Source: Chiloscyllium plagiosum (Eukaryota). Taken from it: 64,000 bases of DNA. The notes beneath the pieces are model-generated. The model searched no databases, was not told where the DNA came from, and was given only the letters and a program-made list of their open reading frames with translations. The position numbers and the translations under genes are program-made. This document shows positions 1 through 13,954 of this stretch, piece by piece. Where the stretch lies: assembly GCF_004010195.1 (NCBI RefSeq), contig NC_057718.1, positions 91,677,337 through 91,741,336 on the forward strand. The letters run 5' to 3'. Within the stretch, counting starts at the first letter, position 1; every line of letters starts with the position of its first letter.

Positions 1-493
1 ACTTGAAAGGGTTCAGAAAAGATTTACAAGGATGTTGCCAGGGTTGGAGGATCTGAGCTACAGGGAGAGGCTGAACAGGCTGGGGCTGTTTTCTTTGGAG
101 CATCGGAGGCTGAGCGGTGACCTTATAGAGGTTTACAAAATTATGAGGGGCATGGATAGGATAAATAGACAAAGTCTTTTCCCTGGGGTTGGGAAGCCCA
201 GAACTAGAGAGCATAGGTTTAGGGTGAGAGGGGAAAGATATAAAAGAGACCCAAGTGGCAACTTTTTCATGCAGAGGGTGGTACGTGTATGGAATGAGCT
301 GCCAGAGGATGTGGTGGAGGCTGGTACAATTGCAACATTTAAGAGGCATTTGGATGGGTACATGAATAGGAAGGGTTAGAGGGATATGGGCCGGGTGGTG
401 GCTGGTGGGACTAGATTGATTTGGGATATCTGTTCGGCATTGACGGGTTGGACCGAAGGGTCTGTTTCCATGCTGTACATCTCTACGACTCTA
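1..493 (+). mobile_element. CR1 (HER1-like) LINE 3' end
   Basis: ORF 32-379 (YRERLNRLGLFSLEHRRL...FFMQRVVRVWNELP) is the CR1 ORF2 C-terminus; ends in a ctctacgactcta-type tail. Confidence 0.9.
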
Positions 494-499
494 AAATAA

Positions 500-1620
500 T
501 TCTCTCAATCGTATCAATTCCTTTAATCATCTTAAACATCTCAGTTAAATAGTCCTTTAACCTTCTATACTCAAGTGAATGCAATCCCAGTCAATGCAAT
601 CTGTCCTCATAATTTAATCCCCTCTGCCAAGTATCATTCTGGTCAATCAATGCTACATTCAAGGCTCATCTATCCTTCCTTATATGCAGTGCACAAAATG
701 GAGTGCAGTGCTCTGCATAACAAGAGCTTCCTTTAGCATGAACACAGCTTCTACCTTTTTGTATTCAGCCACTTTGAGATAAAGGCCAATGTTCCATTAG
801 CTTTTTAAATTATTTTTGCACCTACCCAGTAATGATTTCTGTCCTTGTAATTCTAAATCTCTGTCCTAGCTTCACGCCATTTGATAAATAATCTGCTCTA
901 CCTTCCTTTAGTATAATACGAAAGACATCCCACAATTCCAAGGTCATTTGCCACTGTTTTCTCTATTAATGTAATCATTTGTGCCCTTTTGCACCTTCCA
1001 AATTCCAACTATGCTCTTTCAGCACCAACTAAATTGGAATCATCAGCAAATCTGGATATAGGGTTCCCTGTTCCTTTATCCAAGTCATTTATAAATACTT
1101 GAAAAACTGAGATCCCAGTACTGATCCTCAGGGAACACCAATAAGCACATCCTATCAGTTGGGAGTACATACCAATTATCCTTATCCTCCGTTTGAAATC
1201 TCCTAATCCATTTTCTATCTCCCTCCTGGTCTCAATTTTGTCTTATCCCTTATGTGGAACCTAGCTGAATATTTTCTAGATAATGTTCATAGACACTCCT
1301 TTATTCACCATTTGATACCTTTTCAAAAAAATTCAGCTAGGTCTGTTCGACATGGCTTACTCATTTTAAATCCAATCTGGCTCTTTATGTCTCATTCACA
1401 TTAACCCAAGTATTCAAACTTTCCACCTTAAATTCTAATAACTTGCCTGTAACTGATGCAAGATGAACAGTCATATAGCTTCTTCCATTTCTTTTACCTC
1501 ACTTGTAGCCTAATGATATGCATTTTCCCAATCACAAGAGGGTAATTCTTGAACTGGAGTTTTCAAAGGCATGACTGGAGCATTCGGATTTCCTTTCTAT
1601 TTCTTTTAATATCCTAGGAT
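500..1620 (-). mobile_element. Old, degraded CR1 RT fragment
   Basis: Reverse-strand remnants of the FADD motif (catcagcaaa ~1041) and GVPQGSVLG-like motif (~1110-1140). Confidence 0.6.
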
Positions 1621-1779
1621 GGCATCCATTTGACAATGGAGAGAATTTTGTTCCTTTTATTCTCTAGTCTTGGCTACTTCAACGTATGCTTGCTTGGTCT
1701 CCCTTTGCAAATTTGAAGGAAATCAAAACATTTTTGCCTGTGCCCTAACTCAGACTGCGTTTGACTCATGTTCACTAAC

Positions 1780-2110
1780 CTAAATCAAGTAAGCCTTGAT
1801 TTTAACATGCTTATTTTTGTTTTCAAATTCCTCATGTTCTTGCCTATCCACATGTCTGTAATCTCCTCCAGTTCCAACATTGGGATATCAAAGTTCATTT
1901 TTTTTTGGTATCTTCAGCATTGCCAATTTAAATTGCCCTCTCGGATTTCATCTCCAAACTTTTCTGCCTGTCTACTTCCTTCCCTTAAGACACTCTTTAA
2001 AAGGTATCCCTCCGATTTAGCTTTTGGCCATCTGAGATGTTAATTTCTGTGGCTTGGTGTCACATTTTGTTTTATAATGGTTCTGTGAAATGCCTTGAGA
2101 TTTATAATGC
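1780..2110 (+). repeat. L2-like LINE/SINE 3' tail fragment; related copies at ~7620-7900 and ~20900-21210
   Basis: The three regions share similar sequence (aatctcctccag...ccttaagac..ctcttaaa...gcttttgg), recognised by eye. Confidence 0.45.
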
Positions 2111-5100
2111 TAAAAATGTTGAGTTATTGGATAGTCCTTTTTATTTCTCTAATACCTTTTGTTTTAAAGTTTAAGCCCCTCCTTAAAGTGCACTTTTATA
2201 TTTCTCTGCCACTTTATCCTACTCTCCTTACTTTAAACAAAAGTGTCATATGCTTTTGTCTTTAAGGGGCCCACTTACCTCTTTGCCATCCTCTTTCTTT
2301 AAATATACCTGTAAAAACCTCCAGTGTGATCTTTGCTACTCATAATTTTTTCATGTATTTCCTTTACCAGCTCATGCTAATTTTCTTTCACCTGTGCAAT
2401 TGAAAAAGCTTTTGCTTTTCATTTTATATTATCATCCACTAGTGAAAACATTTAATCTTTTTTCACTGTATTGTGGTACTATGGCAGCCTCTGCTCTGGA
2501 ATGAATGTATAGCTGGAGATTGCTTCTTGAATACCTGATCAGAACTTGAAGAACGTACTTAGTTGAGGTTTTTAAAAGCTGTATGCAACTTCCTTAATCT
2601 GAAAGAGAACTGAGAAATCCTTTAAAGGAGGTTGCATGAGCTTGACTCTGCGAGGAGCATAACTTCGCTGCAATGTTAAACTAGCTTCACGAGTACTCAT
2701 GTTTGTGCTTTTGATCTGTTTAAAAGTTTTATTTCTGGGAAAGGAACTCTGCAAGTCTGTAAACTTTTGCCTGGGTGGAAGTCGTCCAATCTGAGCAAGG
2801 CAATATGAATGAGATAATGTTTGATACTGGAGCTTCAGAACAATAGCTGCAGTATAAATACATTCTCAGTCTCAATGATTTTGAAGTAAATTGTTTTGTG
2901 TTCATGCCATAATATTGCAAATCTTCCCTGATTTCCTTCAATCATAGCTGTATTCCAACATGAGTGAACTGTGCTGTTTTAACTGAAAATTTCCTGGAGT
3001 ACAAGATGAAAACAAAACTAAGATAGTAGACAAAGTGTCAAGGTGGAAAAATATTTCATATGCATTTTATAACACAAGGATGCAAGAGCTGATTTCGCTA
3101 TGTGCGTAACTGGTGGGAACAGAGTTAGGACAGAGAGAAGCAAAGTGACAGAAATACTTTTCAAAAGAAGCAGCAAATGGTGCAACAGTTGTTTTATTTG
3201 GCATAATTAACCATCCAGTGCAATAAAATGAAAGTAACGCAAGGAGAGGCTACCAACAAACATCAGTATTTGAAGCCACAAAATTTTCCAGCTCGACCTG
3301 GATGTACAGGAAACAAATGAATCCCACCTATTTATTCTTCTGTCTTGCAATTATTACTGGATGACTGCGACAGTCATTAAATAAGCAGACAAAAGGAATT
3401 AAAAAAAATCTTTTACCCAGGGAATTTATCTAATTAGAGTTGGCAACACATTTCAACAAGAATTCAGATTTGTCCAACATCTGCATCTGACAGCTGTCTT
3501 TCCAAGCAGCTCTTGTCAATATAATTCTGGCAGATTGTGACCTGAATATCTTGATGGAAACAAGCAAATTTAGTTCAAATTAAAATACATGCCTAAAATA
3601 AAACAAACCTTTCTTGCAAGATTCTATTTTGCATTTTCTACCAAGTAGTTTTACAGTCGTCTTTAGACATAAGTGCATAACATTCATGGTAAGTATGTTT
3701 TAAGGTTTCAGTTTATTCTCAAACTTCTTGAAGAATACATTACTATGATTACTGTATGGCATCAACAGAACTAGTGGAATTGGACAACGTACTTTAGTTC
3801 AGATGACAAAACCTAAGGTCACTTTTTGAATAGAACAAAGCTAACTCTACACACGCACCTATTTTCCTTCCATTAAACACAAAATTGCATGCTGTTTTTG
3901 CTGAGAATAGATTTGAGCCCAGTTCTTCTGTATCAACTAATGGCAGTTCTCCCTGCCAATTTTAGACAGCAATATTGTTTCCAGTCAATGGTAGTTTTTT
4001 TTGGATTTATTACTTCAATAATTTAGAAAATGACTCTGAAAAAGTGGAATTTTGAAACAGGAATGAAATCATTGATGAATTTAAGAATGGATAATATTGT
4101 AACATGGGTAATAAAATAGAACCTGAATTAAATAACTGAAAGGGACATATCCATTGATGATAAATTAAATGGAAGTTTATTTTTAAAGATTTGATATTAT
4201 TTTACCTTTATATCTGGAAATATTTGCAAAACAAGACTGTGAAAGCATAAAATTTGACACCAAAAGGATGAGAATTAGTTTTATTCAATTAGATGCAAGC
4301 TGAATGAACCTATGTCCTGGGGTACTCGTGCTATGTCCCTAGTATTTTTAGATAATTGAACCTATAAAATGCTGTGTCCCATTCTGCAGGCAGCTTTTGC
4401 TATCATTATTTTCAGTAGCTTCCAGACATCTGTGACGTGTGGAAACTTATGCATTGAAAGTCTTTCTATTTTTCCCAAGTAAGGCATTATTCGAGGAAAG
4501 GTTATGTTGCGGTTCATGATAATTGTATCACTTAATTAATGAAGACAAAAAAAATTCAAACAGTGCACCTCAAGAGAACAAAAATAGCACATACTTCAAA
4601 CAAAAGTGAAAGCTATTCAATTAGAAAATTCTCCTATGCTAATACCTCAATTTAAAAAAGACATTTCAATTTAACATTTGTCCACACGTCTTATGTGTCA
4701 ACTAACATGAGTTAACAAATAAGCAGCATATTTGGAACCATGTCCACAAGTATGCTTGTTTCCATGGATTCTGTAACCTGATAAAAGAAGTAATTTGATT
4801 AAGAAATGTAATTTAAATGGCAGAGTCCACAAGAACTACAATATCCATCATTCCTAACCAGTTCCTTCCTTTCAATTTGCTGTCAGTCTAGGTTAAATCT
4901 CAACACGTAGACCACAGAAATATTTGTGAAACATTTTAACAGAGTGAAGTTCTTTTTTCAATTTCTTTCGGGAATACAAAGGGCACATTTTGTCTCCAGT
5001 ATCTTACAGCATCTTCCACATCTGAGTTAACATCTTACTTTGGATAACCCAGAGAAGGAAGAAAACCTCTTCTGGTTAATGCAAAATATGACAAGATCTT

Positions 5101-5414
5101 GAATCTGGCCATATTAGACACTTGAAGCTTGCTTATTGATTTAAGCTAATTTAAAGGAACATTGTTGAAGGTAGACTGTTAGTTGCATAGTTTAGAAATG
5201 GTTTTCCTCATTCTTCATATTAAATTCTGATCTCGGTCTACTTTGTGCAAGTAAGAACTCTGTTGTATGTCAGTAGTTCGGAAAATAGCTGGTATATTGC
5301 TCCTCGGAAAGTATATTAGATGGATTCAAAAAGTATTACAGCACTAAAATGGTGAGCTCTCAAATTTCTTAGTGCTACTCTTCAAGTTTTATCTTATTTC
5401 CATAATTAGATCTT

Positions 5415-5640
5415 TCAGGAGTTGGTTAGCTCAGGTAGGTGAACAGCCAGTTTGAGAAGCAGAGTGATCCTGACAGTGTGGGTTCAGTTCCCACACCAGC
5501 TGAGGTTACTATGAAGAACTCCCATTCTCAACCTCTCCCTCTGCCTGAAGCTTGGGACGCTCAGGTTAAATCGCCCCAGGTCATATCTCTGTCTAATGAG
5601 ACCAGCCCTACGATCTGGTAGGACAACTGCGACTTTACTT
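5415..5640 (+). mobile_element. tRNA-derived SINE
   Basis: A-box-like tagctcagg and B-box-like ggttcagttcc at the 5' end, ~220 bp body, gactttactt tail. Confidence 0.6.
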
Positions 5641-7929
5641 CTGTCTGTTTTTTTGTTAAAATCAGATCTTTGAAGATCATAAACCTTTCTAAATAGTTTT
5701 TAGCATTTGTTTAAATACTTTTCCAGCAGGAAGATGTTTTGCTCTTATACAGCACCAACTGACAGAAGGGGAAGGCTTTAAAATGTCATTGCGCTACTAA
5801 GGTCAAATATAGTATTTTAGTCTTGCATATTAAATAGTCTCAAGTTACTCAATACCAATTTTTCTCAAACAAAGAATTTTAATCATGTGGCTCATACTTC
5901 AGGAGATTCAATAAGAAGAAATTGGAACTGGCATGAAGTGTCTACTTCTGATGCCTAGAGCAAAGGGCTAAATATGCAAACATAGTTTAATTATGAAATC
6001 TCTGGAACCAATGGCAGGCCTAGAATTATATTCCTTGTGCAGAAAATTTGATTGACATTAAGAATTAATCAATTGTCAGAAACTGGATTCCTGCTTTACA
6101 CAATTTTTGAGGAAAACAAATGCTTATGCTATTGTTAACTTCAATCCAGAGGAAGAAACCTTGAGTTAATCTGATTTTTCCTGATGGCCCCAGTTTTCTA
6201 GTGGATGTGTTGAGAACAACAGTTGAAAGCCAACCCTGCATGCTATTTGGCCTTGACCATACAATTTATTGTTGCTTCAGGCTTTCTGGATTGCTCAAGC
6301 TGCTGGAACATCAATTTCTTGGATCTCCAAAAGAATTTGGCAGAACATGCACAGCACAAAATACAGTAAAATGCAGCAGAGGCCTTAGCTGTGGCCATCT
6401 GTCACACGAATTGATGCAGACTTTAGAGCCAGAAATGGATACACATTGGGAAAGCACAGAAAACATCATTTGTAAGTACAACATTGAAAATAATTTTCAA
6501 GACCACAATCAATTGTTATGGTGGTATGGCTAGAGAAATGACTTATCCCACTTTTGAAATCTAATATAGATAATGAGGAGAAAAAAAATGAAGTTGCACC
6601 TTATACAGATACTTTATTAGGATGAAAGGTAGAGATATTTCAAATTATTTAATGAATGCAATTAAAACAAAAATGAAAGCTGCATTTCCCACAGAGCTTA
6701 CAATGAATTAAAGGGCTTCAATGTCTGGAAGCAAAATACTTAGCATGACTTTTACTGGAATCCATGTGATACTTCACATTTTTCTTGCATAGCCATTCTC
6801 AAAACTGGTCTCATGCTATAATTCCTAGCACATTATTGAACAAATCATGTATAGCTTAAGAGTTATAGGTCCCCATTATGCTAAAGGATAAAATTATATA
6901 GTGAATGAATTTTGTTCAGTTAAATAAACCCGCACATGCTAATTTATTATCCGTTATTCCAACATGTCGATCTCTGGACATAGAGTGCCCTATAAGACAG
7001 TTTTGCTGCAGATCCCCTATTGAACAATATGAAATTGCTGCTAAAATCACTGCAGCAAGATGTCATTTTCAAAATTCAAATCCAACTTTTACAAGTAGCC
7101 AATAAATATTTGCATGCTACTTCATCAAATTTCTTATCGACATTCAGTGTTCAAATGTGGGTCATGTTTTTCTTTAATAAATTAAGATAAAAGACAAATT
7201 CTTGTATTTTTAGCACCACCTCTGTAAAAAAAAATAAGTCAAGATCTTGATGGAACAGACTGTCCTCAATACAATTCAAAGTTTTCCCTCGCAATCATTA
7301 GTTATCTAAATTCATTTAAATCTTTATCATCAAAAGCGTTGGGAATATTCAACTACTGACACTCAACTTTTGAAAAGTACAATTATACCCATTCCATCAC
7401 AAAGACGATCTGCTTTCACCTTTGTAACATAACACCTCTCTGGCCATGCAGCTATCCATTTTCTACTGGCATTCTCACCTATGCTTTTGCTACCTCTTGA
7501 TTAAATTATTTTAATGTTTGCCTGAAAGATCTCCCACCATCTAAAAACTTAAACATTCAAAATTCATTACTTGCAACAAGTCATACCACTGTATTCCAAC
7601 TTGCACTTGTTCCAATCCCTAAAAATTGGATCAAAATTAGTTGTCCTCCTCATCTCTGTAACCTTCTGCAGCCCGTCAACCCGCCAAGAATGCGAGGTTC
7701 TTCCAACCACGGTCTCTTGTCCATCCCCAGCACCTTCAGCTCACCGTTGGCAAATATGCCTTTGGCTGCCAGGGTCATAAGCATGATTATATCATCCCTA
7801 ACCAACTCTATTCTTCCCTTCTCCTTTAATACACTCCTTACATCCCTTTAACCAAACTTGCCCTAATGTCCTCTTGTTTGCAGTAGCAATTCTTGTCACT
7901 TTGATTAATGAGGTAAAATATTTCAAGAA

Positions 7930-8372
7930 TTTCAGTGCAGAAAGAGACAAGTTGGTCTATCGAGTCTGCATTCACCTCTGAAGAGCATCCTATACCTATA
8001 TCCTATCCCTGTAACCCCGCATTGTACCACGGCCAACCCATCTAGCCTACACATCCCTGGTCACGAAGAGAAAGTGAGGACTGCAGATGCTGGAGATCAG
8101 AGCGGAGTGTGGGTGCTGGTAAAGCACAGCAGGTCAGGCAGCTTCGGAGGAGCAGGAGAATCGATGTTTTGGGCAAGAGCCTTCAAAGGGCACTGCAGAC
8201 GATTTAACAGTCAATCTACCTAACCTACATATCTTTGGACTGAGAGAGGAAACCTACGTAGACATGGGGAGGATGTGCAAACTCCACACAAGAGTCACCC
8301 AAGGTTGGAATTGAAGCCGGTCCCTGATGCTGTGAGGCAACCATGCTAACCACTGAGCCACCATGCTGCCTT
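7930..8372 (-). mobile_element. HE1/V-SINE-like tRNA SINE, interrupted by a PLE-terminus insertion
   Basis: Reverse complement begins ggcagcatggtggctcagtggttagca and matches the + strand copy at 36815; contains the V-domain-like gtttgcacat.ctcccc. Confidence 0.8.
8066..8186 (-). mobile_element. Solo Penelope-like terminal repeat with decayed hammerhead core
   Basis: gagaaagtgaggactgcagatgctggagatcagag... is the same family as 38607-38738; the core is decayed (tgaaggctcttgcccaaaacatc on the minus strand). Confidence 0.7.
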
Positions 8373-8424
8373 AAAAAAATCACATAACTTTGTTATGCCC
8401 TGCAAACTTACATCACGTTTGCTT

Positions 8425-9820
8425 AATAAGACCATAACATACAGGAGCAATTTAGGCCATTTGGTCTGCTCCAATATTCTAACATGGTTGTTGTGCTCCA
8501 AACTCTATTCTTCTGTCTTCTCCCCATAACCTTTGATCCCCTTACTACTTAGGAAGCCATTTGCATCTTAAATACAGTGACTGGGCCCACAGCCTTCTAT
8601 GCAATGATCACCACAGGGCTGAAGAAGTTCCTTCTCATCTCAGTTCTAAAGGATCATCTGTTCACCATGAGGCTATACCATTGGGTCTGAATCTCTCCTA
8701 CTAGCTGAAACATCTTCTGTATGCGTACTCTATCGAGGCTTCTCAGTATTCTGTAAGTTTCAATGACACAGCCCATCATCTTTCTAAATGCCATCAAATA
8801 CAAACCTAGAGTCCTCAACCACTCATATGACAAGCTCTTCATCCCTGGGATCATTCATGTAAAACTCCTCTAGATTCCCTTTTAAGGCCAGCAAATGCTT
8901 CCTTAAATACAAGGCCCGAAACTGTTCACAATATCCCAAATGCACTTTGATGAGAGCCTTGCACAGTCTCAGTAGTACATCTCAGGTCTTGTATTCTAGA
9001 CCTCTTGAAATGAATGCTAACATTGCATTTATCTTCCTGCCAATTGAACTTGCATGTCAACCTCAAGAGAATCCTGAACTAGGATTCCAACGTTATGTTT
9101 GTGCTTCAGATTTCTGAAGCCCTTCCCATTTAGAAAATAGTCTACACTTTCTATTTTTCCTCCTACAAGGCATAATCTTTCACTTTCCCACATGGTATTC
9201 CATCTGCCACTTCTCTGCTCTCACTCCTCGTCTATCCAAGTCACTCTGCAGCATCATTTCCTCAACACACATTGTCCCTCCATCTATCTTTGTATCACCT
9301 GCAAACGTAGCAACAATGCCCTCAGCTCCTTTGACCCGACTGTCAACATATAACATGAATATATGCAGACCCAACATGGACCCTTGCAGACCACAAGTCA
9401 CTGGCTGCCATCCTGAAAAAAATCCTGTTTATCCCTATTCTCTACCAGTCAGCCAATCCTCTAATCCATGCCACAATCGCATCCCTAACTCGATGAGTTC
9501 TCATCTTATTTAAAAGCTTCCTACGTGGCACCTTGTCAAAGGAAATCCAAATTGATCATGTCCACTGACTCTCCTTTGTCTAGCTTGATTGTTACCTCCT
9601 CAAAGAATTCTAACAGATTTATCAGGCATGACCTCCCCTTGATGAAGCCTGACATTACCATGTAGTTCCCAAGTATTCTGTAATCTCATGCATAACAATG
9701 GACTCTAAAATCTTATGAACAACAGAGGTCAGGTATAGTTTCCTTTCTTCTGCCTCCTTCCCTTCTGAAACAGGGGTGTTCCATTAGCCATTTTCCAGTC
9801 CTCTGGGACCTTGCCTGATA
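8425..9820 (-). mobile_element. CR1 LINE, 5'-truncated and degenerate
   Basis: ORF fragments GLQGSMLG, FAGDTKI, KWQMEYHVGK, MIPGMKSLSYE; ataagaccataa tail. Confidence 0.85.
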
Positions 9821-11589
9821 ATACCAAGAACAAACTCTGATTAGTCAATGTCTATACTCATACTCAAGAATATTTTATATGATTTCCAAGAAAAGGAATG
9901 AAACTTAGCGCTTTAGGTCACTCAAGGTTAAGTCATTATCTTCAATTTACCCAATATAATTATGTCTAGATTCAGAGTCTTCAACATATCCAAGAATGTA
10001 TTTAACCTCAATCTCTTTTTCAAGGATTCATTAAACTCAATCTAATATCAAAATATTATTGAATGTCTACTGTCTGCTATTGCAACTACACTCAAGCAGA
10101 CACATGGTGATATCCATTGGGTATGACTTGATAACATGACTGACGCCATCCAGCATCTGTAATTGCTCTTAATATTCTGTGAATATTGCATTCATATAAG
10201 AATAGGCCTTGCACATTGAGGACAAGGACATATATTCCTTCAGAACTGAAATAAGAGCTTTCAGGAATTACTCAGTATTATTTCTTCGTATAATACAATT
10301 TTGCATATTAGCAGTTAGCTTGCTCAGTCAGTGAGACAGACAACATGGTATTCCACAAGAACATTCTTAAATTCCTGTTAGTGTACTGGTAGGTGGCATT
10401 GTGACTTTAAAAATCAATGCACCATGTACAGTTACATTGAGCTGTCCTGCTTGTCCAGCTAAGCAAATTGTTTTCGTAATGAGGAAGTTATTGCATTATT
10501 TAGAATTAGTAACAACATAGTAGTACAAATGTGGCCAACAGATCAAATTGATCATCTGACAGTTCTAAGCACCTCTTCCAATTGTTGAGCTGGTAACAGC
10601 AGTAAGTATACAAGTAAGGAGAGTCCTGGTTGTGCTTACTCTTTTACGTTCAACCAGTTGAACACTGGTGGGGCAACTGAAAGGACCTTACAACTGGCCT
10701 TATTGCTGAGCTTAGTGAAACAAATAAAATAAAAACATTTAGCTGTGATGCTGCCACAACTGTTCAACTGTTTGCTCTGGTAACTTGGGTCACAGATCAA
10801 GAATTGTCTCTTGTATTAAAATGGGAACAAGAGAGACCAAAAATAGTAGTAAATTGCTCTGAAAAAGGCTGGAAGATAGCAATTTATTTTTAATGTAGAG
10901 ACGTGGCATTGGGGCTTCATTTATTCTTAAGCATCAGAGTTGCAATACCTCTTTTCCACAGAATAAAAGACACAAAATTATTTTGCTTTTCTCTGAGGTT
11001 TTGGAAGTACTTTAAAAGATCCATGGAATGCAAAAACAAGTCTACACAGTTAATGAACAAATAAATATATAAAGTATAAGATGACTGTTCAAACACAAAG
11101 CAAACAAAAAAATTGAAGATTTAACATCGCTGTTCTAATGTTATTTTTCCAATATTATCCAAGGGTGGGGGTGGAATATTTCCAGAAGTACTTTTTAATG
11201 CCTTTGACAGTGACAGAATCTATAACAACAAATAATCAGCTCTAGAAAAAAGAAGTTACCATGTGGAATCATCTAGTTACAAGATGTCAAGCTTCTCATG
11301 TCAGTTGTATAAAAATTTCAGACATCGCTGGGTTGCAGCATGATATTACTAATGGCCATTTGGCTAGAACAGGAAGTTGTGTTGTGAAAAAAAAATGTTG
11401 TTCAAGAGTTCTTGTACAATTTAAGACTTCAGTGAACTCTTCAGAGACAGCTGGATATCTTATAGGGCTGCGTGAATCTTCATGAAATTCCAAATGATTT
11501 TTAATATTGCTTCCCGATAGTCTGAAAGAACCTTACAATTGCTCTTAAAATTTTTTAATAATTAATTCATAGAAAGTAAACAGCGCAGC

Positions 11590-13330
11590 CCAGGCCTGCA
11601 TTAATTGTATACTCCTAAATGCCCTTGCAAAAATAGAGGTGAACTGCTCTCTTCAAACACAGCAGTCCATGTGTTGGTACATCCCCAATGCCAATCGGAA
11701 GGGACTTCCAGGATTTTGACCCAGCAATACTGAAGGTACAGCAATACAATCAGAATTGTGTGGGGCCTGAAGGGCACTTACAGGTGGTGATATTCCCATT
11801 CATGTGCTGCCATTGTCCTTTCAGGTGTGTGACATTGCAGGTATATAAGGTGCTCTGTAAGTAGCCTTGGTGAGTTGCTGCAGTGCATCCTGCACGTGGT
11901 GCACACTGTTGCCATTGTACATTGGGACTGGAAAGACTGACTGCTGCAGACGTTAGATGGAATGCTTTGTCCTGGATGTGTTAAGCTTCTTCAATGTTGT
12001 TAGAGTTACACCGATCCAGGTAGGTGGAGAATATCCCATCGCACTCCTGACTTGTCCTTGAAGATCAAGAACAGGTTTTAAGTATCGAGGAGGGGAATGA
12101 CTCACCATTGAATTTTGAGCCTCAGACCAGGTGTTGAAACCATTGTATTTTTATGGCTGGGCCAGTTCAATTTCTTGTCAATGGTAACCCCTGAATCCAA
12201 ATAGTGGAGATTTCAGCAGTGGTGATGCCATTGAATATCAAGGAGTGATGATTGAATTATCTCTTGTTGGAGGTGTTCACTGCCCAGTACTTGTGTGGTA
12301 TGACTATTACTTGCCAAGCATGAGTGTTTTGTGGATCCTCCTCCATTTGAACAGGAACTGCTTCAGTATCTGAACAGTTGCTGAATACAGCAATCATCAG
12401 TGAATACCCCCAATTCTGGTCTTACGATAGATAGGAGGTCATTGATGAAGCAGCTGAAGGTTTACAAGCCCAGAACACTGAATGGAGAAATTGGGGCTCT
12501 TGTAATAATAGTAGTAGTTCTTTTCCTGCCTCTGAGCCACAGATTTGAGTTTGAATCCCACTTGCTCCACAGTGAATCATAACACATCTGAACATGTTGA
12601 TTAAAATATCTAAACTGAGGAACTGAGACAGATATGATTGGCTTGAACAACGGCACTACTTTTATTTGTGTCAGGTTTGATTCCAATTAGTGACAGTTAC
12701 TTCAGCTTTGTTAGGGCACCTTGATTTCATGCTCAAATGCTGTCTCAATGTCAAGGGCAGTGACCCTCACTGTCCACGTTTGGACCAAGGCTGTAACGAG
12801 GTTAGGAGCTAAGTGGGCAGAAATTGGCTTGGTCGGGTAGAGATTGGTTTGGTTGAATTTATCATGCTGTGCGTGTACAAGATATGTGGGCACTTGTTCA
12901 CATTGTTAAGTAGATGCCTTTGTTCTGGCTGTATTGGAAGAGCTTGGTTAGGGTTGCAGCAAGGTCTGGAGTACAGCAAGGTCTGTAGGAATATTGTCAG
13001 GGCCTTTGCAACATCCAGCACCTTCAGCAATTTCTTTATTTCACATGGCATTAACTGAAGTGGGCCTGGCATCTGTACTGATGGGGACCTCTTAGGGAGA
13101 CAGGGTTGGATCTTCCATTTGTACTTCTGGCTGAAAATGCAAATGTTTCAATCTTGTCTTCTGCTATCATTCAGGATAGAAATATTTGTGCAACCTCCTC
13201 CTCCAATGAGTTATTTAAATATCCACTGTCAAATCGTCCAATGTAGTTGTCCATTCACAACTTGATGATGAGGTCACTTAGCTCTGAGCAGGACATGATG
13301 TTTATGTTGTTTGGCAAGCAGGGATCAGCT
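11590..13330 (-). mobile_element. Degenerate non-LTR retrotransposon (CR1/L2 group); related fragments at ~37600-38055 (+), ~62420-62560 and ~63170-63500 (-)
   Basis: RT-like peptide VTALVQTWTVRVTALDIETAF; similar nucleotide blocks recur at the other positions. Confidence 0.6.
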
Positions 13331-13479
13331 TCAAAGAAGAGTGGGATGGACATGCCAGCATGAATACCAGGTATAACTAAAAAAATGAGATTCTCCCAGG
13401 TGAATCTACAACTCAGGATTTGCTTGGAAACATGACATTATGGAAAACTGCCTACACATGCACCAGTCTTGGTGAAGGA

Positions 13480-13950
13480 TATTGAAATCCCCCAGATTAC
13501 ATTCTGTTGCATGTGTTGAGGGAGGCTTTCAAGGTGTCAGTGGTTGCACTTCCTCTGCCCTCCTAGTCTTTATCATTAACTTAGGGAGCCTTATGTCAGG
13601 TACGTAGACAATGTGAGCCCACTCATCACTGCTAGTCGTGCGTGACCATTGCCTCCATACTAAGGATATTTGCCTGGGATTTTGTGAAGGGTGCACTGGT
13701 GATAACTCTCCAGGGACTTGAGAGGTCTGCTGTACATGGTCCATGTTTCAGATGAGTACAGAAAGGTGGGGATCATGGCCTTGTAAACCATGAACCTGGT
13801 GCTGTATTTGAGGTGACCAAAGGCTGTAGTGGTGTGCTGAAGTTAATATTAGACTTAATTGGCACTGTCTGCTTGCACCAAGAGGAGGCTCCCAATGGAA
13901 GATGATTCATGCTGTCGAAGGACACACTGTGGATTTCTTTGCCTTCTAGT
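13480..13950 (-). mobile_element. RTE-clade LINE 3' part (split from 15870-17830 by a CR1 insertion)
   Basis: WAHIVYVPDIRLPK motif typical of the RTE ORF C-terminus. Confidence 0.6.
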
Positions 13951-13954
13951 GAAG

